Assembly: GCA_965200315.1 (NCBI GenBank)
Contig: OZ241362.1
Span: 3,008,001-3,072,000, forward strand
Length of the DNA: 64,000 nt
Direction: 5' to 3'
Source: Candidatus Latescibacterota bacterium
Lineage (GTDB): Bacteria; Latescibacterota; UBA2968; UBA8231
Shown: positions 29,940 to 40,752 of the stretch, piece after piece
Layout of the letters: each line of letters starts with the position of its first letter
Numbering within the stretch: the first letter of the stretch is position 1
Notes under the pieces: model-generated
Databases searched by the model: none
Told to the model about the DNA's origin: nothing
What the model saw: the letters and a program-made list of their open reading frames with translations, nothing else
Position numbers and translations under genes: made by a program

Positions 29940-31250
29940 ATGCAGCTACACTATCCCGAGATCGCCCTGCACGTGTCGCCCTTGCTTTTGCCGAGGGCCG
30001 ATATTCCCCTTGAAACGTGGTCGGTCATCGCCTGCGATCAGTACACCTCGCAGCCCGAATACTGGGAGGAAGTGCGGCGGATTGTTGGGGACGATCCTTC
30101 GACGCTACATCTAATTTTTCCCGAAGCCTACCTCGGGGAGACTTGCCGCGAACAGACCATCGCCGGCATTAACCATCGGATGCAGGTGTATCTCAAAAGC
30201 GGCGTACTGGCGGAACAGCGGCCCGGCCTTATGCTGGTGGAACGCGAGGTCGGGCGCGCTGTGCCGCGCAAGGGGCTGATCGTCGCCTTGGACTTGGAGC
30301 AGTACGACTACCGAGACGGAGCGCAGAAGCTAATCCGCACGACCGAGGGCACAGATCAGAATCGGCTGCCCCCGAGGATCCAAGTGCGGGAGAACGCGCC
30401 GCTGGAAACCCCACACATCATGGTGCTAATCGACGATCCGCAGCAGACGGTGATTGAGCCGCTTGGCGAAGAAGACCTGAGGCAAGCCTACGATTTTGAG
30501 CTGATGCTAGGCGGCGGCAGGCTTAGAGGCTGGCACATCGACGACGGGGCGTTGATCGCCGAAATCGCCGGGCGGCTCGCCGGCCTTGCGTGCGGCGAGC
30601 CGCCGCTGATCTACGCGCTGGGCGACGGCAACCACTCCTTCGCCACAGCGTGCGCCGTCTGGGAGCGGCTCAAGGCGCAAGCAGAGGACGAGCGCCAGAT
30701 AATGAATCACCCGGCGCGCTACGCCTTGGCCGAACTAGTCAATGTCCACGACGAGGCCCTGGAGTTTGCACCCATCCATCGGGTAGTTTTTGGCGTAGAT
30801 GCAGCCGATTTATTGCGGGCGATGGAGACGCACTGCACAGGGAGTGGATTTAGCCGTCGGCTCTTCTCGGATCGGGATGGATGGGAGGCTGCCTGTCGAG
30901 AAGCGGCCGTCGGCCCGGGGCACCACATTCCCTATCTAAGCGGAACCGAACGCGGCCTGTTGAGTATGGCCGAGCCTAGCTTCCAGCTCGCAGTAGCGTC
31001 GTTGCAGACCTTTTTGGACCGCCATCTCGACGCGCATCCCCGCGCCCGCCTCGACTATATCCACGGCGAGGATGTGCTAGAGCAACTGGCTGCGGAGCCG
31101 GACAGCATCGGCTTTTTTCTACCGGCCATGGACAAGCGCGACTTGTTCAAAACGATCGTCATCGACGGGACCACGCCGCGCAAGACGTTCTCGCTGGGCG
31201 AGGCTGTGGAGAAGCGGTACTACTTGGAGTGTCGGCGGCTAGCGCCGTGA
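29940..31250 (+). CDS. DUF1015 domain protein
   Basis: WSVIACDQYTSQPEYW, GDGNHSFATA, PRKTFSLGEA.EKRYYLE. Confidence 0.9.
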   Translation: MQLHYPEIALHVSPLLLPRADIPLETWSVIACDQYTSQPEYWEEVRRIVGDDPSTLHLIFPEAYLGETCREQTIAGINHRMQVYLKSGVLAEQRPGLMLVEREVGRAVPRKGLIVALDLEQYDYRDGAQKLIRTTEGTDQNRLPPRIQVRENAPLETPHIMVLIDDPQQTVIEPLGEEDLRQAYDFELMLGGGRLRGWHIDDGALIAEIAGRLAGLACGEPPLIYALGDGNHSFATACAVWERLKAQAEDERQIMNHPARYALAELVNVHDEALEFAPIHRVVFGVDAADLLRAMETHCTGSGFSRRLFSDRDGWEAACREAAVGPGHHIPYLSGTERGLLSMAEPSFQLAVASLQTFLDRHLDAHPRARLDYIHGEDVLEQLAAEPDSIGFFLPAMDKRDLFKTIVIDGTTPRKTFSLGEAVEKRYYLECRRLAP

Positions 31251-31287
31251 GCGTTGCGGCCCCAATTCTGAGGCCGGACTGCGGGGC

Positions 31288-32142
31288 CTACCCGGAGTAA
31301 TCGTATTTCCGATTGCGGCTAATGTAGTCGATCGGTCCATCGACAAATTCCGCTACTGTCTCCAACGCACTATCAGCAAACAATTCTTCCGTCCCCTTGG
31401 GAAACAACAGCGGCTTCTTCGTGTGCCACCAGTGCGCCCAGTGGATCATGGCGATCATCGGGCGGGGCTGGCCGGTGAGGTTGGGCATGCCGCGATGCCA
31501 GAGGCGCATGTCGCGGATCAGCACACTGCCGGCGGGTATGCTCGGCTGTAGGGGTTTGCACACGGCGCGGAGGCTCTCTTCGATTGCCGGCGGCAGCTTG
31601 ATGTCGCCATCGTTGAGGGCGCGGGTGGTGTCTAGGTGGGTACCGGGCCAGAGTTCGGTGCTGCCGTTTGCGGGCGTGGCGTCGACAACGGGTACATTGA
31701 CGACAAGGCCGTAGGCCGGCGTCGCCACCTCGAGATTGGGCCAGAGCTGACCCGCGTCGACGTGGAGGGGTTGTTGGGTGGTGTTGGGCAGGCAGGTGTT
31801 GCCGCTGTAGAAGGCGTTTTTGACGCCTTCGCCGAGCACTGAGTGAGTTACTTCGACGACGAGGGCGTTGACCAGCACGTCGCGGAAAAGGTAGGGCGGA
31901 AAGGGCGGCGGGTCCTGTTGCAGGTGCCCGTCGTTGAACTGATAGGGGACGTCGGCGAGGGCGAGGATTGCTTCGACGTCGGCGAGCATGCGCTCGCGCA
32001 GCATTTCGATATGCGCGGAATCAATGGCGCGGTGGAGGACGACGAAACCGTCGTCGCGCAGGGCGGCGACGGCCTGTTGCAAGTGCTGCGGTTTTAGCTT
32101 GCGTGCGCTGTGTTCGGCCGCGCTCAGTTCCAATTCGACCAT
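31288..32142 (-). CDS. Phytanoyl-CoA dioxygenase (PhyH) family
   Basis: QPLHVD, NGSTELWPGTH, RLWHRG. Confidence 0.9.
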   Translation of the reverse strand: MVELELSAAEHSARKLKPQHLQQAVAALRDDGFVVLHRAIDSAHIEMLRERMLADVEAILALADVPYQFNDGHLQQDPPPFPPYLFRDVLVNALVVEVTHSVLGEGVKNAFYSGNTCLPNTTQQPLHVDAGQLWPNLEVATPAYGLVVNVPVVDATPANGSTELWPGTHLDTTRALNDGDIKLPPAIEESLRAVCKPLQPSIPAGSVLIRDMRLWHRGMPNLTGQPRPMIAMIHWAHWWHTKKPLLFPKGTEELFADSALETVAEFVDGPIDYISRNRKYDYSG

Positions 32143-32147
32143 AACAT

Positions 32148-33137
32148 TCAGGCGCAGGCGGGGTCTTCAAATGGCCAGCGATTGAAGGAGGGCAAGTTTT
32201 TGTCGGACAGTTTTTCTCGTGCGTCGTACCACGATTGCGCCCAAGCCGCTGGGTCGCGCAGTTCGCATTGGGGATCTTTGCGGCTGCGGGCGACGAAGCC
32301 GGGGAAGAGCGGCCGGCCAGTGGGCTGGCCGGTGGGGTTGTAGCGGAGGTCAAAGCTGATCCGCACCTGTTCGCTGACGTTGGGCAGCGACGAATGGCAG
32401 GTCTGCCGGTGCATGAAGAGCACATCGCCGCGCTTGAGTTCGGCGGTGACGACGCGGTCGAGGGCTAGGTCTTGGTCGCGGATAAAGTGGCCGATGCCCT
32501 TGAACAAGCAGTGGCGCAACAGCCCGTCGCGATGGCTGCCGGCTACTACTTCGATGCAGCCGTGCTCGCGAAAGGCGTTGGTCAGCGGCACCCACACGGT
32601 GAGCATGTCGGTCTCGTCGGCCTCGGGCAGCACCACGCCATTGTCTTGGTGCCAAGGCGTGGCACCGACGGCGAAGCCAGCGATGCGGCCGTGATGGTCT
32701 TTGGGAACATCGGACAAGAACTGCTCGGGTGGTTTGATGCGGATGTGCTGGACGGGGTTGGAGTAGATTTCCGGGCCGATGAGGTCTTCGATGATGTCGA
32801 GGAGCTTTTTGTTGCGCAGCATCGCGAAGGTGGCCGGGCCAACGGCGATGGGCGAGTCCGGGCCGATGCCACCTTGGGGCAGCGAGATGTCGAAGTGCTG
32901 GGCGTGAACTTGGCCGGTTTCGTTGTATATCTGGCAGAGGCGCGCATCAAAGCCGAGATCGGCGTACGTGGAGGCTATTTGCCCGGCGGCGAAAAGCTCG
33001 TTGGCGAGCTCGTCGAGGATTTCGTCGTATTCGGCCAAGACGGGATCGATGTCGGCGGTGGGGTCGAGGAGGGCTTCGACGAGGACGAAGCCGTGTTCGC
33101 GATAGTGGTCGAGTTGGGTAGGGGTTAGTTTAGGCAT
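32148..33137 (-). CDS. Phytanoyl-CoA dioxygenase (PhyH) family
   Basis: TPWHQD, TVWVPL, GSH, RISFDLRY. Confidence 0.9.
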   Translation of the reverse strand: MPKLTPTQLDHYREHGFVLVEALLDPTADIDPVLAEYDEILDELANELFAAGQIASTYADLGFDARLCQIYNETGQVHAQHFDISLPQGGIGPDSPIAVGPATFAMLRNKKLLDIIEDLIGPEIYSNPVQHIRIKPPEQFLSDVPKDHHGRIAGFAVGATPWHQDNGVVLPEADETDMLTVWVPLTNAFREHGCIEVVAGSHRDGLLRHCLFKGIGHFIRDQDLALDRVVTAELKRGDVLFMHRQTCHSSLPNVSEQVRISFDLRYNPTGQPTGRPLFPGFVARSRKDPQCELRDPAAWAQSWYDAREKLSDKNLPSFNRWPFEDPACA

Positions 33138-33571
33138 GGGTTGGATTCCTGTGTGATGCGTCATCGTGCTCTCGGCGGATACGATTTTGCCGTGGCTTCG
33201 TCCAGACACGCAATTCTAAAGGTGAAGGTGCTTGGCCGCAAGAGTTTCGCTCTGCATATTACAGACCGGTGTATTGCTGAACGGCTGGAGACCGGGATCT
33301 GGCATCGAAATCAGCGTGACGGTCCGCCGCTAGACCGAGATACTCCTGACTAGAGCGTCCTGCGCCTGGGGGGGGAAACGTTGTAACGCCAGCCCAACAG
33401 AGATTATTTTTTAAGGTGGTAAGATTACCGTATTCGTTCAAGAGACATGATAGGAGATGTCTGAGGTCTGGCAATGGGAGATCGCGGACTAGCAAAGCCT
33501 GAAGGCCAAAGTCGAATGCTTTTTGGGGCGAGTGACCATATTCTAACAATCGCGTTACCTTAAGAGTTGAG

Positions 33572-34789
33572 GTGAATATAGTGAGCGGTGGCTGTAGTAT
33601 TTGCGAATTAGATCTTTCGATCCTAAGGTCCACTACTCCCCCATCAGGTGACCCTTCTTGGCCGAAATTGAGAATCGCCGACCTATTTTCGGGTTGTGGC
33701 GGTCTATCGCTCGGTATACAGAGGGCCGTCCAAGAGTCGGGTTACTCCCTTGATGTTAGACTTGCAGTGGACTCAGACCAAATAGCACTGGACGTATATA
33801 GTACATCATTCCCGGCGGCAACAACAATTTGTAAGCCCATCGAACAAATATTGGACGGGGAGCTCGGTTCACCGCCCACCGTTGCTGAAGCTGAGTTGGC
33901 GCACCAAGTCGGGGAACTCGATATCTTACTAGGTGGACCCCCATGTCAGGGCCATTCAAATCTGAACAACCATTCAAGGCGCGATGACCCGAGAAACGGA
34001 TTGTACCTCCACATGGCAAGGGCGGCTGAAGTCCTATATCCATCGGCAATCATCTCTGAGAATGTTCCAACCGTCACTTTCGACGTTCGCAACGTTGTCT
34101 ACCAAACCATCGAGAGGCTCAAAGAGATTGGTTACGTTATCGGAGAGGGAGTGGTTGACCTGTCGAGTTTGGGTGTACCCCAAAAGCGTCACCGGCACGT
34201 AATAATTGCGGTGCTAGATTGCGATGTCGATCCCCAAGAACTAGTAAAAAGACTAGAATCGCCGATATGCGAACATGTTCCCAGAAGCATCCGATGGGCC
34301 ATGGAAGACCTAGAGGATGTGGCCAGATCCAACCTGTTCGACTCACCTTCTCAACCATATCCAGCAAACCAATCTAGGATCGACTGGCTATTTGAGAACG
34401 ACGAGATCAACTTGCCTAACGACTTGAGGCCTCCATGCCATAGATCGGACCATAGCTATACCGCAATGTACGGTAGGATGGTATGGGATCAGCCGGCGCA
34501 AACGGTCACTACGGGTTTCAATTGCATGGGTCAAGGCAGATATGTTCATCCTGCTTGCCGAAGAGTGATTACCCCTCACGAAGCTGCAAGGCTACAAATG
34601 CTTCCAGATTTTGTAGATTTTAGTTCTGTTACAGCGCGGAAACACCTAGCAAAGCTGATTGGAAATTCCGTGCCGCCGCCGCTGTCGTCTGCTATTGGCA
34701 GGATGGTAATTCCGTTTCTGAAAGACGTACCTCTGACTTGTTACGAATACGACATGTCAAGAAAAGGGGCAATTGACTACGGTGCCTGA
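33572..34789 (+). CDS. C5-cytosine DNA methyltransferase
   Basis: Motif I DLFSGCGG, IV GPPCQ, VI ENV, VIII PQKRHR, IX EAARLQ, X GNSV. Confidence 0.95.
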   Translation: MNIVSGGCSICELDLSILRSTTPPSGDPSWPKLRIADLFSGCGGLSLGIQRAVQESGYSLDVRLAVDSDQIALDVYSTSFPAATTICKPIEQILDGELGSPPTVAEAELAHQVGELDILLGGPPCQGHSNLNNHSRRDDPRNGLYLHMARAAEVLYPSAIISENVPTVTFDVRNVVYQTIERLKEIGYVIGEGVVDLSSLGVPQKRHRHVIIAVLDCDVDPQELVKRLESPICEHVPRSIRWAMEDLEDVARSNLFDSPSQPYPANQSRIDWLFENDEINLPNDLRPPCHRSDHSYTAMYGRMVWDQPAQTVTTGFNCMGQGRYVHPACRRVITPHEAARLQMLPDFVDFSSVTARKHLAKLIGNSVPPPLSSAIGRMVIPFLKDVPLTCYEYDMSRKGAIDYGA

Positions 34790-37022
34790 GCTTGGCTTAC
34801 AAAAAGTCCACTTCACCGTAGATTCAGAGCTACTTCGGGAGCTCGGTGAACGTCTAGTCGGCCGTCAGTACATTGCTCTTGCCGAGTTGGTGAAGAATAG
34901 CTACGATGCAGACGCCTCCAAAGTGGAGATCCGTATTCAGGACGACTGCATTGAAGTGTCCGACAACGGCCACGGCATGACTTATGAGGACTTTGAGGGC
35001 CGCTGGATGCGTGTAGGTTCGACTCATAAGGTTAAAGAAGAAACATCGCCGGAATTGCATCGACCACTGACCGGTTCAAAAGGAGTGGGGCGTCTGGCCG
35101 TCCAGTTTCTCGCTAGTGAGTTAGAGTTGACCTCTATCCCGAAGAAGACGCGAGTTCCAGAAGGTTCAATGCCCAGAGAGCTTTATGTGATGGTTGATTG
35201 GGACACGGCAGTTCAGGCGGGAGAGTTGACTCAAGCGACTGCCCTATACGACCTGAACAAACCTCAAGATACAGTTTTTCCTCTCGAAAGCCCACACGGC
35301 ACTACAGTAACACTGAAGAAACTCAAGCATGAATGGAGCCCCAAGGAATTTGAAGATCTTGCTAGAGAGATTTGGTTCCTCCAACCACCATTCCGCTCGT
35401 TGACTGGTGCTGCCAACAGAGAAGCAAGCGGTTTTGAAGTAGATTTGTCCGCACCACCGGAGGCGGTCGCTCTGTTCAATACCCAGATGTCCCGCACATT
35501 AGAATTGTATACTTCCCGTCTCGTCGGGAGACTCTTACCCCGTAACGGTTCGGGGAAAAGATCCGATAAGCGAAAAGCGCAACTATCATTGGAACTGGAG
35601 GGCCAACACACTCCGGCTTACGAATTCCAAGTTCCTGTCCGCGGCGATGATCGATATTTAATTGACAGCCTTGATTTTGAAATTCGCATATTTACGTTGC
35701 AGAACCGGCAACCTTATGGAATACCAGTACAACAAGCACGAGATTATATGCACGAATGGGGAGGTGTCCATATTTATGATGCTGGATTCCGAATCCCTTA
35801 TGCTGGGCCTGACTCGGACTGGTTAAGGCTTGAGATTGATCACTCACATCGCCTAACACAATCTCAGCTTTTACCGGACGAACTGAACGTCTCAATGGGA
35901 TTAAACCACTTGCCAACAAATTCGCGTGTTCTTGGTGTCGTAAACATCGACACTACCCACGAGGCGAGGGTAGCAGGTCAAAACAAACCTCCATCGAATC
36001 AATACTTACAGATCCAGGTATCCCGCGATCGCCTAGTCAGCAACGACGCATTTCGCCAACTCCAAGACACCGTCAGATTCGCCTTGGATTACTATGCAAC
36101 CCGTCTGGCAGTTCTGCGACTGAAAGAAAAGGTGACCATACAGAGTGTGGAAGTGCCTGAATCTCTTGTCGAAGGCGTATGGAATGTTCTGGAACAACAT
36201 GAAGACGAGGTACCCAAGGCAGTAGCGAACCAACTTAGGACGGAGCTAGAAAAGACTATAGACTCTATCCGCGAACAGTCTGAATGGACTAAGAGCCAGT
36301 CAGGGTTGCTTGGTGCCATGGCAACAGTCGGGGCAACATCTGTCGCGTTTGATCATCAATTCACCCAACAACTTAGCGTTTTGGAACATCACGCTGCCGC
36401 TCTGGACGATGCTATTAAGATAGACCCAGATTTGAAGAAATCTATTGGTTCCGTTTCCAACAGTATCAAGAAATGGATTCGAGACGCACGCGAGACACGT
36501 ATGATTTTCTCGCCAATCTCCGACGAACGAAATCGGACGACAGTTGCCCGTTTCAAGGCCAAACTCATAGTGGAAAGTATGGCCGGCAACCTGCGGGCCT
36601 TGCTACGTGGAGTGAAGGTAGAGGTTTCAGGTATCGATCGAGGCTTGTTGCTACCGGAGACTAGCTACCCGGTCTGGATGGCCATTTTCCACAACGTACT
36701 TATGAATGCTTCCAATGCAATGCTGGACAGTAATAGCAAGCGAATATCGGTGTCGTCCTTTGAGTCGGGCAAACGCCGAGGGATTCGAGTCCAAGACACG
36801 GGGGTGGGCATCGATCTGGATAAGGCGGAGGACCTATTTGAACCGCTCAAACGAGGCCTAGAGATTTCGCCGGAACGCCGGGCGTTGGGATATGGCGGTG
36901 CGGGACTGGGTTTAGCTATCGTTAGGATGTTAGCCACGGACTTGAAAGCGGACGTCCGCTTCATCGAACCAGTAGCACCATTCAACACATGCTTTGAGAT
37001 GGCATGGAGCGAGGACTTATGA
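34773..37022 (+). CDS. GHKL (MORC/HSP90-like) ATPase fused to a C-terminal histidine kinase
   Basis: N-terminal ELVKNSYDA, DNGHGM, GSKGVGRLA; C-terminal putative H-box AFDHQF, N-box NVLMNA, G1 DTGVGI, F LFEP, G2 GAGLGLAIV. Confidence 0.88.
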   Translation: MTTVPELGLQKVHFTVDSELLRELGERLVGRQYIALAELVKNSYDADASKVEIRIQDDCIEVSDNGHGMTYEDFEGRWMRVGSTHKVKEETSPELHRPLTGSKGVGRLAVQFLASELELTSIPKKTRVPEGSMPRELYVMVDWDTAVQAGELTQATALYDLNKPQDTVFPLESPHGTTVTLKKLKHEWSPKEFEDLAREIWFLQPPFRSLTGAANREASGFEVDLSAPPEAVALFNTQMSRTLELYTSRLVGRLLPRNGSGKRSDKRKAQLSLELEGQHTPAYEFQVPVRGDDRYLIDSLDFEIRIFTLQNRQPYGIPVQQARDYMHEWGGVHIYDAGFRIPYAGPDSDWLRLEIDHSHRLTQSQLLPDELNVSMGLNHLPTNSRVLGVVNIDTTHEARVAGQNKPPSNQYLQIQVSRDRLVSNDAFRQLQDTVRFALDYYATRLAVLRLKEKVTIQSVEVPESLVEGVWNVLEQHEDEVPKAVANQLRTELEKTIDSIREQSEWTKSQSGLLGAMATVGATSVAFDHQFTQQLSVLEHHAAALDDAIKIDPDLKKSIGSVSNSIKKWIRDARETRMIFSPISDERNRTTVARFKAKLIVESMAGNLRALLRGVKVEVSGIDRGLLLPETSYPVWMAIFHNVLMNASNAMLDSNSKRISVSSFESGKRRGIRVQDTGVGIDLDKAEDLFEPLKRGLEISPERRALGYGGAGLGLAIVRMLATDLKADVRFIEPVAPFNTCFEMAWSEDL

Positions 37023-38260
37023 ATTCACTTAAGGTATTGGTCTACGAAGATCAATCCACGATTGCCAAAACTTGGGTAGATGGCATACGGAGCACTTATA
37101 GAGAGGCGGACGTGGAGGCTGTCGATACAAAGGATTTTCAGCCGCTGCTAGAGTTGGTGAATCGCCGGAGGACCGCATGGAGAGAGGATCTGAACGAAGC
37201 TTTTGAGACCGGGTCACACGATATAGATGAGGCGGACATAATCGTCTTGGACTACGATCTTCTCCACTATTCGGATGCCGCAGACATCACAGGGAGCAGG
37301 TTGGCCTATCTTCTCCGCTGTTTCTCTAAATGCGGGTTCATTATCGTTCTCAACGAATTCGGGAGAAATGTTTTCGAGCTGAGTCTAGGTAGTCCGCCTG
37401 AAGGCTTCGCCGACATACATCTCGGCGGCGAACAGATAGGGAATCCCGGTCTTTGGCAAGCTCCGTTCGACGGCTACCGACCATGGTATTGGCCGGTCGT
37501 CCCCAATGCTAGGGAGAACTTTGAGCTATGCGTAAAAGATGTTCGTGAACACCCTGACACACCGGTCCTTGGCTTCTTAGGTCTGGACCGTGTCATAGAC
37601 TGGATACCGCGGCGAGCACGGGACTTCTTGTTGGGTAAGCAAAAGATCGAAGAGGTCACATTCAAGAGCTTTGTCGAATCCGTCCACGGCGGTATTTCCG
37701 ACAAAGACACGCTTATTCCAGAGCAGATGGCACGGGTCACTGCGGCGAGGATAGTAACTCTGCTCAATTCGATCATCCTCCCAGAGCAGAGTATCCTTGT
37801 GGATGCGCCACATCTAGTATCCCGGTTTCCCAGCATCACCTTGGATCGACATCGACATAATGACGTCGAAGTGTGGAATCAACTGTGCAATCCAGTCGAT
37901 CTCGATATAGACAATTTATTGATCGAACGTTTGAAAAAGTACAAGTTCCAAAAACCGCATTGGCTCTGGAGACCAGCTTGGTATTGGCCCGAAATCAATA
38001 AAGATGAAAATATAGAAGAAGTGAAAGACCCATGGAAGGTCCCAGAAGTAGACTGGGTGTTTTGTGAAGACATTTCTCGGTTCGTACCCGTTGAAGTTGC
38101 TCAAGGCTTTAGAGCGCTCGTTTCGCCGCCGTTCATCAAGCGCTATGTGTTCAGAAGAGACTCACCGGACGCAAATGATCTCGTGAGCCAAATCGGGTCT
38201 AGAGGCCCACAGGATCCTTTCTCAGTCGAGTATGTCCCTCAAGCAATGTTTAGTTTGTAG
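37019..38260 (+). CDS. Receiver-domain protein with large unknown C-terminal region
   Basis: KVLVYED...DIIVLDYDL; ATGA overlap with the kinase stop. Confidence 0.7.
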   Translation: MNSLKVLVYEDQSTIAKTWVDGIRSTYREADVEAVDTKDFQPLLELVNRRRTAWREDLNEAFETGSHDIDEADIIVLDYDLLHYSDAADITGSRLAYLLRCFSKCGFIIVLNEFGRNVFELSLGSPPEGFADIHLGGEQIGNPGLWQAPFDGYRPWYWPVVPNARENFELCVKDVREHPDTPVLGFLGLDRVIDWIPRRARDFLLGKQKIEEVTFKSFVESVHGGISDKDTLIPEQMARVTAARIVTLLNSIILPEQSILVDAPHLVSRFPSITLDRHRHNDVEVWNQLCNPVDLDIDNLLIERLKKYKFQKPHWLWRPAWYWPEINKDENIEEVKDPWKVPEVDWVFCEDISRFVPVEVAQGFRALVSPPFIKRYVFRRDSPDANDLVSQIGSRGPQDPFSVEYVPQAMFSL

Positions 38261-38273
38261 AAAGCCCTATGCC

Positions 38274-38918
38274 ATGCCCGTCGAACCGGCCGATAAGGCT
38301 ACTCGGGATGTCATCTTGGACATCTTGTTGATATTTTTGAAAGATTATAATGACGGCTCTTTTGCCAAACTTCTCTGCGAGGTCTATGACAGATATCAAT
38401 TGGGAGAGCTTGACGCCAATGGACTCAGATCGATGCTGAGTAAATGTCCAGACGTCGAAATGAGGGACCAGAATCAATTTCTACACCTCGAGCCTACGAA
38501 GAAGGGCATTCTACCCTTTGTAACTCTGCAAAGCTCAGACAAATGGGTCCATTTTAGGATTTACGCACTCCTCACGATCCTTGACGAAAATTGTAATCTT
38601 CAGTCCTTAGCGATCAGATTTGAGACCGACGAAGGAGATCTTAGTCTAGGAGATAGCCTTGGCTCACATGATTTCTGCCACGCCCAACTGTGCAATTGCA
38701 TCAATAAACGTGTTAAGGGAGTAACGCCTCAGTGGGTTCCAGATTCGCAGCCTTCAATTCCGCTGGACGCCGACAATCAAGTAAGTCTCGTGCTTTGTAT
38801 GCTGACGTCCCTCTACGGCGGTGCCGATGTGCGCAAAAAAATCAACGCAAGCGGTGCCGGGGAGATCCGGAAACACTTGGACAAGATTCGGGCATTGAAG
38901 GATCCCACGACCGACTAG
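38274..38918 (+). CDS. Hypothetical protein, last gene of the MTase-kinase module
   Basis: Open frame co-oriented just after the receiver gene; HDFCHAQ motif; start may be at 38232. Confidence 0.65.
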   Translation: MPVEPADKATRDVILDILLIFLKDYNDGSFAKLLCEVYDRYQLGELDANGLRSMLSKCPDVEMRDQNQFLHLEPTKKGILPFVTLQSSDKWVHFRIYALLTILDENCNLQSLAIRFETDEGDLSLGDSLGSHDFCHAQLCNCINKRVKGVTPQWVPDSQPSIPLDADNQVSLVLCMLTSLYGGADVRKKINASGAGEIRKHLDKIRALKDPTTD

Positions 38919-39103
38919 ATTTTGACAAAACGGCAAACGCGTGGCGTTCTTGGCATCTGATGATGCGAGTTCCATAAAATAGATCAATCAATACATGGAC
39001 CGCTTGACCGCCAGCACCGGGGCTTGTACACAGGCAAATTCAAAGATGCAGATAGAACGCTTTTTTGCTGATGTGTTGGACGCATAGGATGTAGTGTGCA
39101 TTA

Positions 39104-39421
39104 TTGCCGAATCCGTTGGCGGACCAACAGAGGCAGCCATTGAGGCACTTGTCCAGCTTTGCACTACGTAACAGATTCCCGATGTTGCGAGTTTCCAGAC
39201 GCGGGGGTACGCCGGTTGGCATCGTGCGTTTGGACTCATCCAGTCGAACGCGCTGCATCACCACGTACATCGCCATGCATCCCGACTGGAGAGGTCAGGA
39301 CATTGGGCGAACACTGGTTGAATTTATTCGCAACGATCTGAGCGATGCTGTCGGCGTATACAAATCCTGTGGATTTGACGTAGAACTTCTCGGCGAGAAG
39401 TCACCGTACCCCCGGCTATGA
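39104..39421 (+). pseudogene. GNAT acetyltransferase fragment
   Basis: IAMHPDWRGQDIGRTLV and AVGVYKSCGF motifs; appears internally shortened. Confidence 0.5.
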
Positions 39422-39473
39422 GCCATATAGCTCTTCCGAGCAAAACGCTCCTTTACCCTGATTGGAGTCCGCT

Positions 39474-40697
39474 ATGAAACTCAACCGCGACGAATTTCTG
39501 GAAACCGGCTACCTCATTGTCAAAGAAGCTGTGCCACGCGACAAACTTGAACGCGTCCGGCAGGCATACGAGACCCTCGTCAACCGCCAGCGCGAGACTT
39601 GGAAGGCCGAGTGCGCGGAAGGCGATCCACCCGGAGGCGTCTGGGAGACCGCACCGCAGCCTCGCCTGCAACTGTCAAGGGCGCCGCTCGTCAATCAGAT
39701 CGACCCGGAGACCGCGCCGGCGGTTGAGGTCTGGCTCGAGGAGAACATCCACGGAGTCAGCACAGAACTCCTCGGCATAGCGGACGGGGCCGTCACAGAG
39801 ATGATGATGATGTGCAATCCCGTCAGAGATCACGGCCCGGCCAAGTGGCACCGCGATCTCCATCCGATCGACACCGCGCCGCTCCAAGGCTATATCGACG
39901 ACATCCGCGAAGGAGGCCCGCGCTACGTCCAGTGGAACATCCCGCTCTACGACGATAGCGTCCTTTGGGTGGTGCCGGGCAGCCATCTGCGGCTGAACAC
40001 GCCCGCAGAGAACGCAGTGATGTTGGCAGATCCCCGCCGCCCGCTACCCAATGGTGTGCAGACCCATCTCGAAGCCGGCGACGGCGTCGTCTATATCCTC
40101 CCGATCCTCCACTGGGGCAGCAACTACAGCCCCAAGATGCGGCGAACCGTTCACGGCGGCTTCTCGACTTTTACGTCAATGGACGAGCTCTCGTTTACCG
40201 AACACATCTCCGCAGACGCGCAGGCGGCATTCACGCGCTGGAATGACCGCGGCGAAAAGATGAGGCAGCATACGGAATCGGCGCTGCGGGCCGTTCTCTC
40301 CGGAAATGGTGCCGCGTATCTGAGTGCCCTAGACGACCTCCATCCAGAGCGGGCCGAGAAAGGCAGGATTCTGTCAACGGTCTTTCTCTGCAAGGCCGCA
40401 CTGGCGATCCGACTGCACAAGGAGCCACCGCTTCAGGGAATCGCCGAGGACCTCCAAAGTCGCGTCTTGGGGAAGCACCCCATTACGCTCAACTGGGGGC
40501 CGAGCTTCGCCGATCGATTCTCCGCGGATGAGGCGCACTTGCTTTGGGATCGCTTCAGTTCGCTCGAGGCCCTGCTGCAAGCAGACGTGGAACACTTTGT
40601 GCCGGGCTTTCAGGCCGCCCCGATGAAGCACTGTTTCAACGAGATGCCGGCGGACTACGGTACGGCGGACTTCATCGCTAGTTGGAAGGCCGCGTGA
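39474..40697 (+). CDS. PhyH-like dioxygenase with C-terminal extension
   Basis: KWHRD, QWNIPLYDD, VVPGSH, ILHWG. Confidence 0.8.
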   Translation: MKLNRDEFLETGYLIVKEAVPRDKLERVRQAYETLVNRQRETWKAECAEGDPPGGVWETAPQPRLQLSRAPLVNQIDPETAPAVEVWLEENIHGVSTELLGIADGAVTEMMMMCNPVRDHGPAKWHRDLHPIDTAPLQGYIDDIREGGPRYVQWNIPLYDDSVLWVVPGSHLRLNTPAENAVMLADPRRPLPNGVQTHLEAGDGVVYILPILHWGSNYSPKMRRTVHGGFSTFTSMDELSFTEHISADAQAAFTRWNDRGEKMRQHTESALRAVLSGNGAAYLSALDDLHPERAEKGRILSTVFLCKAALAIRLHKEPPLQGIAEDLQSRVLGKHPITLNWGPSFADRFSADEAHLLWDRFSSLEALLQADVEHFVPGFQAAPMKHCFNEMPADYGTADFIASWKAA

Positions 40698-40752
40698 TCT
40701 GATACAACCCGCGCTTGCGCGACTGGCAACATTGACCAGGAGAAAAACGAAG

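Noticed and set aside
33141-33571. Possible Vsr endonuclease or controller gene upstream of the methyltransferase
   Set aside because: No Vsr or HTH motifs recognised in the short ORFs
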